From: an uncultured Spirochaetota bacterium
GTDB lineage: Bacteria; Spirochaetota; Spirochaetia; SZUA-6; Fen-1364
Reading direction: 5' to 3'
NCBI GenBank assembly: GCA_963781885.1
Contig: CAWAHW010000004.1
Location: forward strand, 736,001-800,000
Length of the DNA: 64,000 nucleotides
A program made the translations under genes and the position numbers. The notes beneath the pieces were generated by a model. That model saw nothing but the letters and a program-made list of their open reading frames with translations, ran no database searches and was not told the DNA's origin. Below, in pieces: positions 22,254 to 30,551 of the stretch. Every line of letters begins with the position of its first letter. Position 1 is the first letter of the stretch.

Positions 22254-23202
22254 GAGTTCTACCCTCTACCGGCGACAACTCGCCAACCTGGACGAAGACC
22301 TCAAGCCCATCATGGCGGAACTTCTTGATGAGCGCGTGACCGACATCATGGTGAATCCCGGAGGCGAGCTATGGGTAAAAAGGTTCGGCGAGACTACTAC
22401 TTTCAGCGCCAGGATCATCGAGCGAGAAGCAATACTGCGGATCATCATGTCCACCGCCGCCTTGATCGACAAAAAGGTTACCAAAAACGATTGGAACTTG
22501 AGCGGGGTCATACCCAAGTACAACGCAAGGATCGAGGCTTTCATCGAGCCGACCGTCACCTCGCCCACATTCTGCCTGCGCAAGCCTACGCTCCTAACGC
22601 TCTCCCTTGCCGACTATGTCAGGGCTGAAAGACTGAGCCTCGCCCACCAAGCGATCATCGTACAGGCGGTCAAAGACCGCAAAAACGTTCTCATCGGCGG
22701 GGGCACAGGTACCGGGAAGACCACCCTCCTTAACGCCATCATCGGCGAGATAGCCCGCCTGCGCCCCGCGGATCGCCTTTACATAGTAGAGGACACCCCA
22801 GAGATCAACTGCAAGGCCCCCAACTTTGTCTCCCTCGTTGTACCCCCCAATGAGTCGATACGGGCGGTTCGTTCGGCTCTCAGGTATAAGCCCGATCGCA
22901 TCATCTTCGGCGAGCTGCGCTACGGTGAGGTGGCACTTGAATGGCTAAAGGCAAGTGCAACCGGACACCCCGGGGGAATGTGTACCCTCCATGCGGACAG
23001 TGCTCAGCGGATGCTCCCGCGCATGCGAGATCTTCTTCTTGAATGCTTCAGCACCACGGTGCCCTTGAACATCATCTACGAAGCCATAGGCCTGTGCGTA
23101 TACCTGAAAGAGATCCCGGACTTCGGCCCGCGGGTCGTTGAAGTGGCGGAAGTGTTGCCCGGCCTAGATGCCGGGGGCAATTTCCAATATACAACCTACT
23201 GA
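22246..23202 (+). CDS. trbB: Conjugation ATPase TrbB (VirB11)
   Basis: DIMVN, GGTGTGKTT, VEDTPE, RYKPDRIIFGELR, TGHPGG..TLHA. Confidence 0.92.
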   Translation: MAESSTLYRRQLANLDEDLKPIMAELLDERVTDIMVNPGGELWVKRFGETTTFSARIIEREAILRIIMSTAALIDKKVTKNDWNLSGVIPKYNARIEAFIEPTVTSPTFCLRKPTLLTLSLADYVRAERLSLAHQAIIVQAVKDRKNVLIGGGTGTGKTTLLNAIIGEIARLRPADRLYIVEDTPEINCKAPNFVSLVVPPNESIRAVRSALRYKPDRIIFGELRYGEVALEWLKASATGHPGGMCTLHADSAQRMLPRMRDLLLECFSTTVPLNIIYEAIGLCVYLKEIPDFGPRVVEVAEVLPGLDAGGNFQYTTY

Positions 23203-23216
23203 AGGAGGGGTATCAG

Positions 23217-23534
23217 ATGCCCGAAAAGAGTCTTGTTCGGCGTGTTTTCTCGGTTGGTATCTTCTATTTCCTGGCTGCTGCAGCAACGACCTATGCTGCG
23301 GACATCACCGACTCACTTGGCCTGGGATCGAAGCTTGACGATATCGTCAATATCTTCAAAAGCAAACTGATCCGGGTCATACTGATCGTTGCGGTGGGCG
23401 GCTGCGCCATCGGCCTCATCGTCAACAAGGACAACGAGGCGATGAAGAAGCGTTTCATGATCATAGGCGTTGCTGCAATCATCCTCTTAGGCGTTCAAGG
23501 CCTTGTGGATTTCATCTGGACTCCCAAAGGATAG
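23217..23534 (+). CDS. trbC: Pilin TrbC (VirB2)
   Basis: Signal peptide plus two hydrophobic helices; follows trbB. Confidence 0.75.
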   Translation: MPEKSLVRRVFSVGIFYFLAAAATTYAADITDSLGLGSKLDDIVNIFKSKLIRVILIVAVGGCAIGLIVNKDNEAMKKRFMIIGVAAIILLGVQGLVDFIWTPKG

Positions 23535-23612
23535 TCCTGCCCCGCCACGGCCTGCCGCTCGCCCCGATTGTGCAGAACAAAGGCGCGGCAGGCCTTCTTT
23601 TGGAGGAAGAAC

Positions 23613-23876
23613 ATGGAAAGCGAGCAAGTTACTGACTACCCCTGGAAGGTGCACCGATCCCTGTTGAGACGGGATCTTGTGGCAGGGGTATCCCGTGTCA
23701 CCTTTGCCATCATCATCTCACTCACCGTCTATATGGTGTTTGGCGTACGGCAATACTGGTTTATAGCCGTTGCAGTGATCCTCTACGTCGTCTTGCGCGC
23801 ACTGACCAAGTCTGACGAGTACCTGGTGGAGATCATCCTCGATTCCCTTCTACTTCCAGATGACCTTTACCCATGA
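23613..23876 (+). CDS. trbD: TrbD (VirB3)
   Basis: VHRSLLR..LVAGV motif, two TMs and GGAGG RBS. Confidence 0.8.
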   Translation: MESEQVTDYPWKVHRSLLRRDLVAGVSRVTFAIIISLTVYMVFGVRQYWFIAVAVILYVVLRALTKSDEYLVEIILDSLLLPDDLYP

Positions 23877-24006
23877 TATGATAGGCGTAGAGCAAGGGCG
23901 GGCAACAAAAGTGTCCTGGGATGGTTCAGCCTGGGCTGTGCATGGGCTGCAAACCCCCTTTTGTTGATCTTTACGCTTACATACGATGCGGTCGATAGGG
24001 TAATCG

Positions 24007-24447
24007 GTGACAAAAGCAGTTGCATTCCTTGATCAGCTTGCAAGAACACGCAAGCTCTTAAGCTTTTCAAAGAACTACAAGCTGTCCTACGTCTATCTAT
24101 GGCAGCTCAAAACTCCAAAGACCGACTCCAAGGGCAAGCCCCTAAAGGATCCTAAGACTGGAAAAGTCGTTTATCGACGTAACCCATCCTTTAAGGTCAT
24201 TAACAGACTGAAAAGCGCTATCCCTACCGAACACTGGTACGAGGAGGCAACTGTTTCAGTTGAGGAGGAGTATGCCTCCCGATCAAAGCGCTCGAGCTCA
24301 AGTGATACCTCGATGAAACATTTGTGGCTCCTGGCCGACGACCCTTTCTGCGGTGTCGTCTCGGCCTACGATTGTGACCCTGAGCTTGCCGTGCATTCCG
24401 GCAGGTTTTCCTCTCCGACTCTGCCCAAGATCATACTTGACTTCTAG
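24007..24447 (+). CDS. Hypothetical protein, possible HTH-like regulator
   Basis: FSKNYKLSYVYLWQLK...PSFKVINRL resembles a Cro/Xre fold (weak). Confidence 0.45.
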   Translation: MTKAVAFLDQLARTRKLLSFSKNYKLSYVYLWQLKTPKTDSKGKPLKDPKTGKVVYRRNPSFKVINRLKSAIPTEHWYEEATVSVEEEYASRSKRSSSSDTSMKHLWLLADDPFCGVVSAYDCDPELAVHSGRFSSPTLPKIILDF

Positions 24448-24490
24448 TTCGCCTGGGCTTACAACAATATAAAGCAATTGCTTTATATTG
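24437..24490 (+). promoter_or_regulatory. parAB promoter with perfect 26-bp palindromic operator
   Basis: TTGACT-17 bp-TACAAC, then CAATATAAAGCAATTGCTTTATATTG (24465-24490), then GGAGG RBS. Confidence 0.75.
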
Positions 24491-24500
24491 GAGGAAGCCT

Positions 24501-25229
24501 ATGAAAACAATCACCATTGGAACGATCAAGGGTGGAGACGGCAAATCCAGCCTCTGTATCCTCCTCTCCCGCTACCTTGCAAGCATCGGCAAGCGTGTGC
24601 TCACCATCGACCTGGACATCCAAAACTCTACTTCCTACAGCCTTCTGCCTGATGGCGATCCCGACGGACGGCATATCGTACGGGCGATTATCGAAGACAA
24701 TATCGCAAGCCAGACCATCTCACTCGCCCCATGCCACTTCCTCGTTCAGTGCGACTTCAAGCTCACCCAACTGCGAACCATGTCCGCCCAGACCATCAAG
24801 GCATGCCTTTCAAAGGTCAGCGGCGATTACGACTTCTGTCTCATCGATACCCCACCCAACTACGACAACATCGTTATCAGCGGCATGACAGCTTCGAACC
24901 TCATTATTCTCCCCGTGATGCTCAAGAACTCCTTTTCGATAAAGGCAAGCCGCTTCGTTCGAGAGGCGCTGAGCGTAGATGCACCGCACCTCGCGGAGCG
25001 TCTATTTGTCCTTTACAACTTCTTTGAAGCTGACGGGGTCGGTGAGCAGTACGTGGAGCAGTTCCAGGCTATCCATGGGAATGCGTTTTTCAACACACGC
25101 TTCCCAAAGACTGCCCAGGTCCGCCGCGCCGTGGACTACCACCAGCTACCGACGAACGCGTACAGATTCAATGTGCTCTTCCCCGCCCTTCAGGCCCTAG
25201 CACACGAAGTCATGGAATGGTTTGAGTGA
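24501..25229 (+). CDS. parA: ParA partition ATPase
   Basis: KGGDGKS, IDLDIQ, DFCLIDTPP. Confidence 0.92.
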   Translation: MKTITIGTIKGGDGKSSLCILLSRYLASIGKRVLTIDLDIQNSTSYSLLPDGDPDGRHIVRAIIEDNIASQTISLAPCHFLVQCDFKLTQLRTMSAQTIKACLSKVSGDYDFCLIDTPPNYDNIVISGMTASNLIILPVMLKNSFSIKASRFVREALSVDAPHLAERLFVLYNFFEADGVGEQYVEQFQAIHGNAFFNTRFPKTAQVRRAVDYHQLPTNAYRFNVLFPALQALAHEVMEWFE

Positions 25230-25242
25230 GCGAGGCAGATGC

Positions 25243-26124
25243 ATGCCGCCAAAAGGAAAGCTTCAAATAGGTTCGAACATTGGAATCGACAAAGAGCAGG
25301 CCTACAAAGAGAGAATCTCAGATCTGGAAAAGAGCCAGGTGCATGAGATTCCGCTCGTCCTCATTGATGAAATTGAGAACGTCCGAAGCTGCTACGATGA
25401 AGATGGCATCAAGCAGCTTGCCGCTTCTATCGAAAAGAGAGGACTCCTACAGCCTGTGATCTTGAGCGAAATGGGAACACGCTACGGTATCCAGGCCGGC
25501 CATCGGCGTGTGCTCGCATTCAGGCTTCTGGAGCGCGAAACCATCCCTGCCCTTGTGAGGCCTTCACCTGAAATGCTTGCTGAAATCCAGTTGATTGAAA
25601 ACATCCAACGAGAAGATCTCTCACCCGCGGATCTTGAGATTGCGGTCACAGCTCTGGCCGAAAGCAAAGGCTCGCAGGAAGCGGTCGCAGAGCTTCTCAA
25701 GAAGAGCAAGCAGTGGGTAAGCAACGTGATCGCCGCTGCCGATGTTCGTGAGGAACTCAGCCCAATACTTGAGCAGCATGGAGTGAAGGGCTCACTGCCC
25801 TCCGGTCATCTGAGGGACATAGCCGCCCTGCCCAAGAAAGATCGCGTGAAAGCCGCCAAAGAAGCCATGGATAACGGCGGCGGCAAACGTGACTTTCGCG
25901 CGGCCGCGCAGAAGGCAAAGGAAAGGCGAGCACATTCAGCGCCCAATGCAAAGCCTGAGCACATTTTCACCCTGATCCTGACGGCTGAGAGGGCGCCGGA
26001 TGGCTCGGTCACGTTCAAACCAGAGCTCACTGGAGAGGCAAGCCCAGAGGTCAAAGCTCGCTTTGACTCCTTCTGCGAGGAGGTTAAAAGCCTTCTCATC
26101 GCCAAGAGCACCGCTGCAAGTTGA
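25243..26124 (+). CDS. parB: ParB partition protein
   Basis: LAASIEKRGLLQPV, AGHRR, ENIQREDLS and HTH. Confidence 0.92.
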   Translation: MPPKGKLQIGSNIGIDKEQAYKERISDLEKSQVHEIPLVLIDEIENVRSCYDEDGIKQLAASIEKRGLLQPVILSEMGTRYGIQAGHRRVLAFRLLERETIPALVRPSPEMLAEIQLIENIQREDLSPADLEIAVTALAESKGSQEAVAELLKKSKQWVSNVIAAADVREELSPILEQHGVKGSLPSGHLRDIAALPKKDRVKAAKEAMDNGGGKRDFRAAAQKAKERRAHSAPNAKPEHIFTLILTAERAPDGSVTFKPELTGEASPEVKARFDSFCEEVKSLLIAKSTAAS

Positions 26125-26374
26125 TTCCCTTCGCGCTCATTCCTCTTGAAGCGGATGCTGACGCAATCTCCTTGAGGTAAGGATGTTCAAATGGCCAATC
26201 AGTTTTTTCACCGTCCTCGATTCCAGCAGCACTTGCCGGCAATCATTAGAAGACTCATTCTCATCGCCGCAAGTCTCGCAATCGCATACTACGTCCTTTC
26301 GACGCTTTTCACAGGCCTAGCGCAATAGCATCGTCGCCCATGAGACGAGTTATCGATCCTACAGTGACAGCTAC

Positions 26375-26818
26375 CTATGGCATGTCTTCACGAGGCTTCA
26401 GCTCCTGCAATAGCGAATACTTTTGAATCGTCAGGAGGTAGAGCTCCTTGACCATGTAGAGGCGAAAGCTTCTGTAGGGAGTGAGCATACCAAGCTGGGA
26501 CCAGAAGGCTTGCGGAATCTGCTCAAGATCTCCTATCTTTTCTCGAAGCTCTCGAATGGCTTTCCTCAACCGGGCCACTTCCGCCCCGCGGACCGAGAGA
26601 AGGATTTTGAAGTCCCCTTCGATGTTTGGCAGGAAATCCTTCTGCCTTCTCTCGCTTCGAAGAACATAGCCTCTACATTCTCCAGGGTAGTAGTAATAGG
26701 CTGGGATGATTCGTCCTTCGGTGAAAACGAAATCCGTTCCCTCAGCTTCATCGCCACATGCGTCGATAAACATGGAAACTGGATCACTCTTGGCAGTTGG
26801 GTGGATTCGTAGCTTCAT
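26375..26818 (-). CDS. Hypothetical protein
   Basis: 147-aa ORF divergent from the ardC operon. Confidence 0.55.
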   Translation of the reverse strand: MKLRIHPTAKSDPVSMFIDACGDEAEGTDFVFTEGRIIPAYYYYPGECRGYVLRSERRQKDFLPNIEGDFKILLSVRGAEVARLRKAIRELREKIGDLEQIPQAFWSQLGMLTPYRSFRLYMVKELYLLTIQKYSLLQELKPREDMP

Positions 26819-26827
26819 GGTTTATTA

Positions 26828-26856
26828 TTGCGTTCTGCTTTATTTCAGTGTACAAT
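26828..26856 (+). promoter_or_regulatory. ardC operon promoter with operator variant in the spacer
   Basis: TTGCGT-17 bp-TACAAT; the spacer contains TGCTTTATTTC. Confidence 0.6.
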
Positions 26857-26956
26857 AGTTTTGGCTTGAATGGCAGCAATGAAATTCTCTAAAGTACGTT
26901 CTGAGGGCACCTTGAGTATCAGATTGCGATTCACTGGCCCGCCGAAAGGAGAGTCT

Positions 26957-27259
26957 ATGAGCTTCACCAAAAAATCGGGCACCGCGGCCCGTTTCACACA
27001 CCTTGCAGGACAGCAGCTCACCGACGAGCATGGCAAACCTTTTATCAACGACACCATCGATGGTGACACGGGCGCGATACTACGTTTCAAGAACGGTTAC
27101 CTTGACGGAGGAAAACTTCCTGCCATTGAATGCGACGATGCCCACATGGAGTTCTACAAGGACGGACAGTTGCATCGAGAGGATGGCCCCGCTGTGGTAT
27201 CCGACTACGGCAAGGTCAAAGAGTATTGGAAGAATGGCCGCCGCGCCTCAAATCCGTAG
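26957..27259 (+). CDS. Small MORN-variant-like repeat protein
   Basis: FKNGYLDGGKLPAI / YKDGQLHREDGPAV / YWKNGRR; AAGGAG RBS. Confidence 0.65.
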   Translation: MSFTKKSGTAARFTHLAGQQLTDEHGKPFINDTIDGDTGAILRFKNGYLDGGKLPAIECDDAHMEFYKDGQLHREDGPAVVSDYGKVKEYWKNGRRASNP

Positions 27260-27280
27260 CACCTTGAGAGGACAGCCATT

Positions 27281-28102
27281 ATGACGATCAATCATGACGA
27301 TGATGCTTTCACCAGAGATGTCGCCTCCCGGATAAGCCGAATGACCCTTGAAGGGAAGGCGCCCTGGCTCAAGGACCACCCTGCAGGCGCCGCAGAAGTC
27401 GCCTACTACCCCTTCATCGACCCCGCGGCTATCTACACTGGAGTCAACGCCGTTCTTCTTGATCTTGTCGCCGCGGAACGCGGCTTCAAGGATCCCCGCT
27501 GGATTCCCATGGCCATGGCGGAGTCAAACGGACTCGCTCCCAAATACGGTGAAAAGCCGGTTTGCCTTGCGTTCCGCAACAGGTTTGTCGAGGTCACGGA
27601 TACAAATCCCATTAGTGGAACTATTGCATCGGCCCTTTCCGACGGTGCAAAGCGGATCAGCTACTACTATGTCTACAATGCCGAGCAGATTCGGGGCATG
27701 CCTCCATTACAGAAGGAACGGGATACAACTCTTGTCAAGATGAAGACGCAAAACGCACTCAAAAACACTGGCGCGAAGCGCACCTCAGAGCTGATCCAAT
27801 CCTTTTCCAGCCAATTGCCCAGCCACAATTGCGATGCAAAAGAGACGCTGGCCGCGATTGCAAAGTACCGACTTGCTTGCCAGCTGCGCCTTCCTTACAA
27901 GGCTGAGGTCAACCTTGAAAAGGTGCGTCGTGAAGTTCAGAAAAAAGATCAAGACTCTCTCCTTCGTGCCGCCTACTATGCGGCAAACGATGCCTCCATT
28001 GCGACCAATCCCGGAAAGGCTTTGGTTGTAGAGCCGCGCAGAACCATTCAGAGGGATCCAGAATTATCGCATCAAAGAAGCTCGCGCGGTATCGAGCGTT
28101 AG
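27281..28102 (+). CDS. ArdC N-terminal (DUF1738) ssDNA-binding protein lacking the protease motif
   Basis: GKAPWLK, YTGVN, FKDPRW, YVYNAEQ; no HExxH. Confidence 0.75.
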   Translation: MTINHDDDAFTRDVASRISRMTLEGKAPWLKDHPAGAAEVAYYPFIDPAAIYTGVNAVLLDLVAAERGFKDPRWIPMAMAESNGLAPKYGEKPVCLAFRNRFVEVTDTNPISGTIASALSDGAKRISYYYVYNAEQIRGMPPLQKERDTTLVKMKTQNALKNTGAKRTSELIQSFSSQLPSHNCDAKETLAAIAKYRLACQLRLPYKAEVNLEKVRREVQKKDQDSLLRAAYYAANDASIATNPGKALVVEPRRTIQRDPELSHQRSSRGIER

Positions 28103-28129
28103 CCATACACCTTGCTGCAGAGGTAGATC

Positions 28130-29110
28130 ATGACTGCAAGCGATGCAGGAAGCCCTCGACTCTCGTATCCAGAAAAAGTGACCCAGCGTATCATCGAATG
28201 TCTTCAAAAGGGTACGGCTCCGTGGATACGTCCGTGGGAAGCAGGAAGCGTACCGGACCGTCCCTATAATCCTGTTTCCCAGACCATCTACCGCGGGCTT
28301 AACACTATCTATTTGAGCGTTGCAGCGATAGCGAACGGGTATAACGATCCTCGTTGGATGACCTTTCTGCAATGCAATAATAAGGGTTGGAATGTCCGAC
28401 GAGGCGAGCACGCTGAAACCATTTGCTATTTCTCCCGCACAACGACAAAGACAGAAGAAGATCCTGACACCCACGAGAAAGTGAAGCGCGCCTATCGCCT
28501 GGATCGTCCCATTTTTCGCTACGCCTGCGTGTTCAACGCATGCCAAGTCGAAGGTATTGAGCCGCTTGATCGTGGATCCATAGAGCTGAAATTTGATTCC
28601 CTTCAGAAGGCAGAAGAACTCATACGGTCTCACAATCCTGCCATTATCCATGACCAAAACGACGCATGCTTCTATAGGCCCTCCACCGACTCCATCCATC
28701 TGACCCCGATGGCTCAATTCAAGTCGCAGGATCTTTACTACGCTACCGTGCTCCACGAGATGGGCCACTGGACAGGACATTCAACCAGGCTTGACCGGGA
28801 CATCTCGAATCTTTATGGCACCCCGGCTTACGCCCGCGAGGAATTGCGTGCCGAGATCGCCTCATACATGCTCTCATCAGATATCGGCATCTCGCACGAT
28901 CCGAGCAACCACGCCAGCTATATCGCTTCATGGATTGAGGTCCTAAACCAAGACAAAACCGAGATCTTCAAAGCTTCCAATGACGCGGAGAAGATACTCC
29001 ATTTCATAACAGGCCCGGGTAGGAGCATCGACAATTCGTTGGAGGATACAATCGAGAGCCCTGATCGAGTAGCTATGGAAAGATCGAGTGTTTTTGAAAT
29101 CGGGGCATAA
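28130..29110 (+). CDS. ardC: Antirestriction protein ArdC
   Basis: GTAPWIRPW, YRGLN, DPRWMTF, VFNACQ, zincin HEMGHWTG, YAREELRAEI, HASYIASW. Confidence 0.92.
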   Translation: MTASDAGSPRLSYPEKVTQRIIECLQKGTAPWIRPWEAGSVPDRPYNPVSQTIYRGLNTIYLSVAAIANGYNDPRWMTFLQCNNKGWNVRRGEHAETICYFSRTTTKTEEDPDTHEKVKRAYRLDRPIFRYACVFNACQVEGIEPLDRGSIELKFDSLQKAEELIRSHNPAIIHDQNDACFYRPSTDSIHLTPMAQFKSQDLYYATVLHEMGHWTGHSTRLDRDISNLYGTPAYAREELRAEIASYMLSSDIGISHDPSNHASYIASWIEVLNQDKTEIFKASNDAEKILHFITGPGRSIDNSLEDTIESPDRVAMERSSVFEIGA

Positions 29111-29203
29111 AGCAAAAGGCCGCTTCAGCCTTGACGAGTACCGGCTCTTAGGGCAAGTGCTTGGGTTGGCTCAGGACATTCCAGATTCGGATATGTCCCA
29201 CCA

Positions 29204-29923
29204 TCAAAGCTCCATGCCGCCTCGATCACGATCAGAACGCCTGACGATACTTTCATCGCTCAATTGCTTGCTCAAAATATCAATACTGGGGATTGGAAAC
29301 ACCTGAGAAGCCCTGGCGGCCTGGACCCGAAGTTCTTCACGAACCTTGGCTTCAACCTTCGCCAAATCGCCATCTTCATAGAAGGTTAACGCCCGCAGGC
29401 ACTCTGCCGGAGCGAATGCAGAACCATACATTGCCCTCGCCGCTCCAAGCCCTTGACTCAAGCTCGATCCGCCACGCAAGAGTTCGGCGATGTCGATGTA
29501 GTCCTTGGCCTCTGCTCGCTGCATGATTACTTTGAGTTTCGTCGCCAGGAGATCAAGCGGCGATGCGACCAAGAGAATGCCATCACTGGTCTGGCTTGGG
29601 GCACCAACCCGCCCCATACCCAAGTCGCCAAAGAATGACAGCTTCACGTTGCCAGGTTCGGTAAACAGGGAGAGGGAGTTCTTCTCATCCTGAACGACAT
29701 GAAAAGCAATGCCGGATTTTTGCAGCTCATGATGGATAAGAGTTTGATTCAATTGCCTGTCTGTGAAAAAGTCGAAATCGATCGATGCGCGATGTCCACA
29801 CCACAGGGCGACAGCGGTGCCGCCGTACAGAACGAGGCCGTTGGTTTTCGTCCACGCCAAGGCAGGCCAGATCTGTTTTTGGGTTTCAGGCAGTATTTCC
29901 GAATGCTCTTTGAATGAGGTCAT
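29204..29923 (-). CDS. AbiEii/AbiGii-family nucleotidyltransferase toxin
   Basis: LYGGTAVAL..GHRASIDFDFF and KDYIDI. Confidence 0.88.
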   Translation of the reverse strand: MTSFKEHSEILPETQKQIWPALAWTKTNGLVLYGGTAVALWCGHRASIDFDFFTDRQLNQTLIHHELQKSGIAFHVVQDEKNSLSLFTEPGNVKLSFFGDLGMGRVGAPSQTSDGILLVASPLDLLATKLKVIMQRAEAKDYIDIAELLRGGSSLSQGLGAARAMYGSAFAPAECLRALTFYEDGDLAKVEAKVREELRVQAARASQVFPIPSIDILSKQLSDESIVRRSDRDRGGMEL

Positions 29924-30207
29924 GAGACTCTCCGCAAAGGCAAGGGCGGCAAGGTAGCATCTGATAGTCCGTTAAGCAGGTATTGCCAGTATGACCAGGA
30001 GCGAGGACGGAATTGTCCCGCCTCGGCATTTTGCAGCGTCTGACGCAGCGCATCCTCACCAACGATACCCACTAGTTTGTGAATATCCTCAAAAGTGCCG
30101 ATGTCCATGATCCGGGCGATGACCCGCTGCGGGTATTCCATGGCCTCTTCCGGTGGAAGCCACCAAGTATAGCTTCTTGCCAGCTCAAGCAGTCTTGGAT
30201 CACTCAT
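29920..30207 (-). CDS. Putative cognate antitoxin
   Basis: Coupled upstream of the toxin; YTWW..P..A..P.RVIARIMDIGT pattern typical of partners of this NTase clade. Confidence 0.7.
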   Translation of the reverse strand: MSDPRLLELARSYTWWLPPEEAMEYPQRVIARIMDIGTFEDIHKLVGIVGEDALRQTLQNAEAGQFRPRSWSYWQYLLNGLSDATLPPLPLRRVS

Positions 30208-30419
30208 TTCTTTGTACCCGCGTGATCCGGGGGCTTGTTCGGATAGACGGTAAATGATCCGTCTTTGTTTTCCCTGATGTAGGCCGTCATGCCTTTCACG
30301 AGGCCCAGAGAGCGCACCAAGTCAGCAGGGAGACTCATTCGCATAGATTGTGCAAATGTGCCATTATTCGCTTGGAAAGTAGAGGCAAACAGACCTGATT
30401 CTGTTTTTGATTTCCCCAT
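30204..30419 (-). CDS. AbrB/MazE-like DNA-binding protein
   Basis: SMRMSLPADLVRSLGLVKG; coupled to the antitoxin gene. Confidence 0.65.
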   Translation of the reverse strand: MGKSKTESGLFASTFQANNGTFAQSMRMSLPADLVRSLGLVKGMTAYIRENKDGSFTVYPNKPPDHAGTKK

Positions 30420-30551
30420 GATCGTATAGTACCCGCTGCCTATCGGGTTGTCAAGGCGAGGCGCGTCAAGTATCGAATCAACGATCGCAAAGAGCGGGCA
30501 AGAATATTTTTGGATTCGTATGCCAAGCGAAACCAGGCCAGACCTTCCCCA

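Noticed and set aside
29107-29119. ATAAAGCAAAAGG match to the trbF-upstream operator
   Set aside because: It is a partial match at the ardC stop between convergent genes, not at a promoter.
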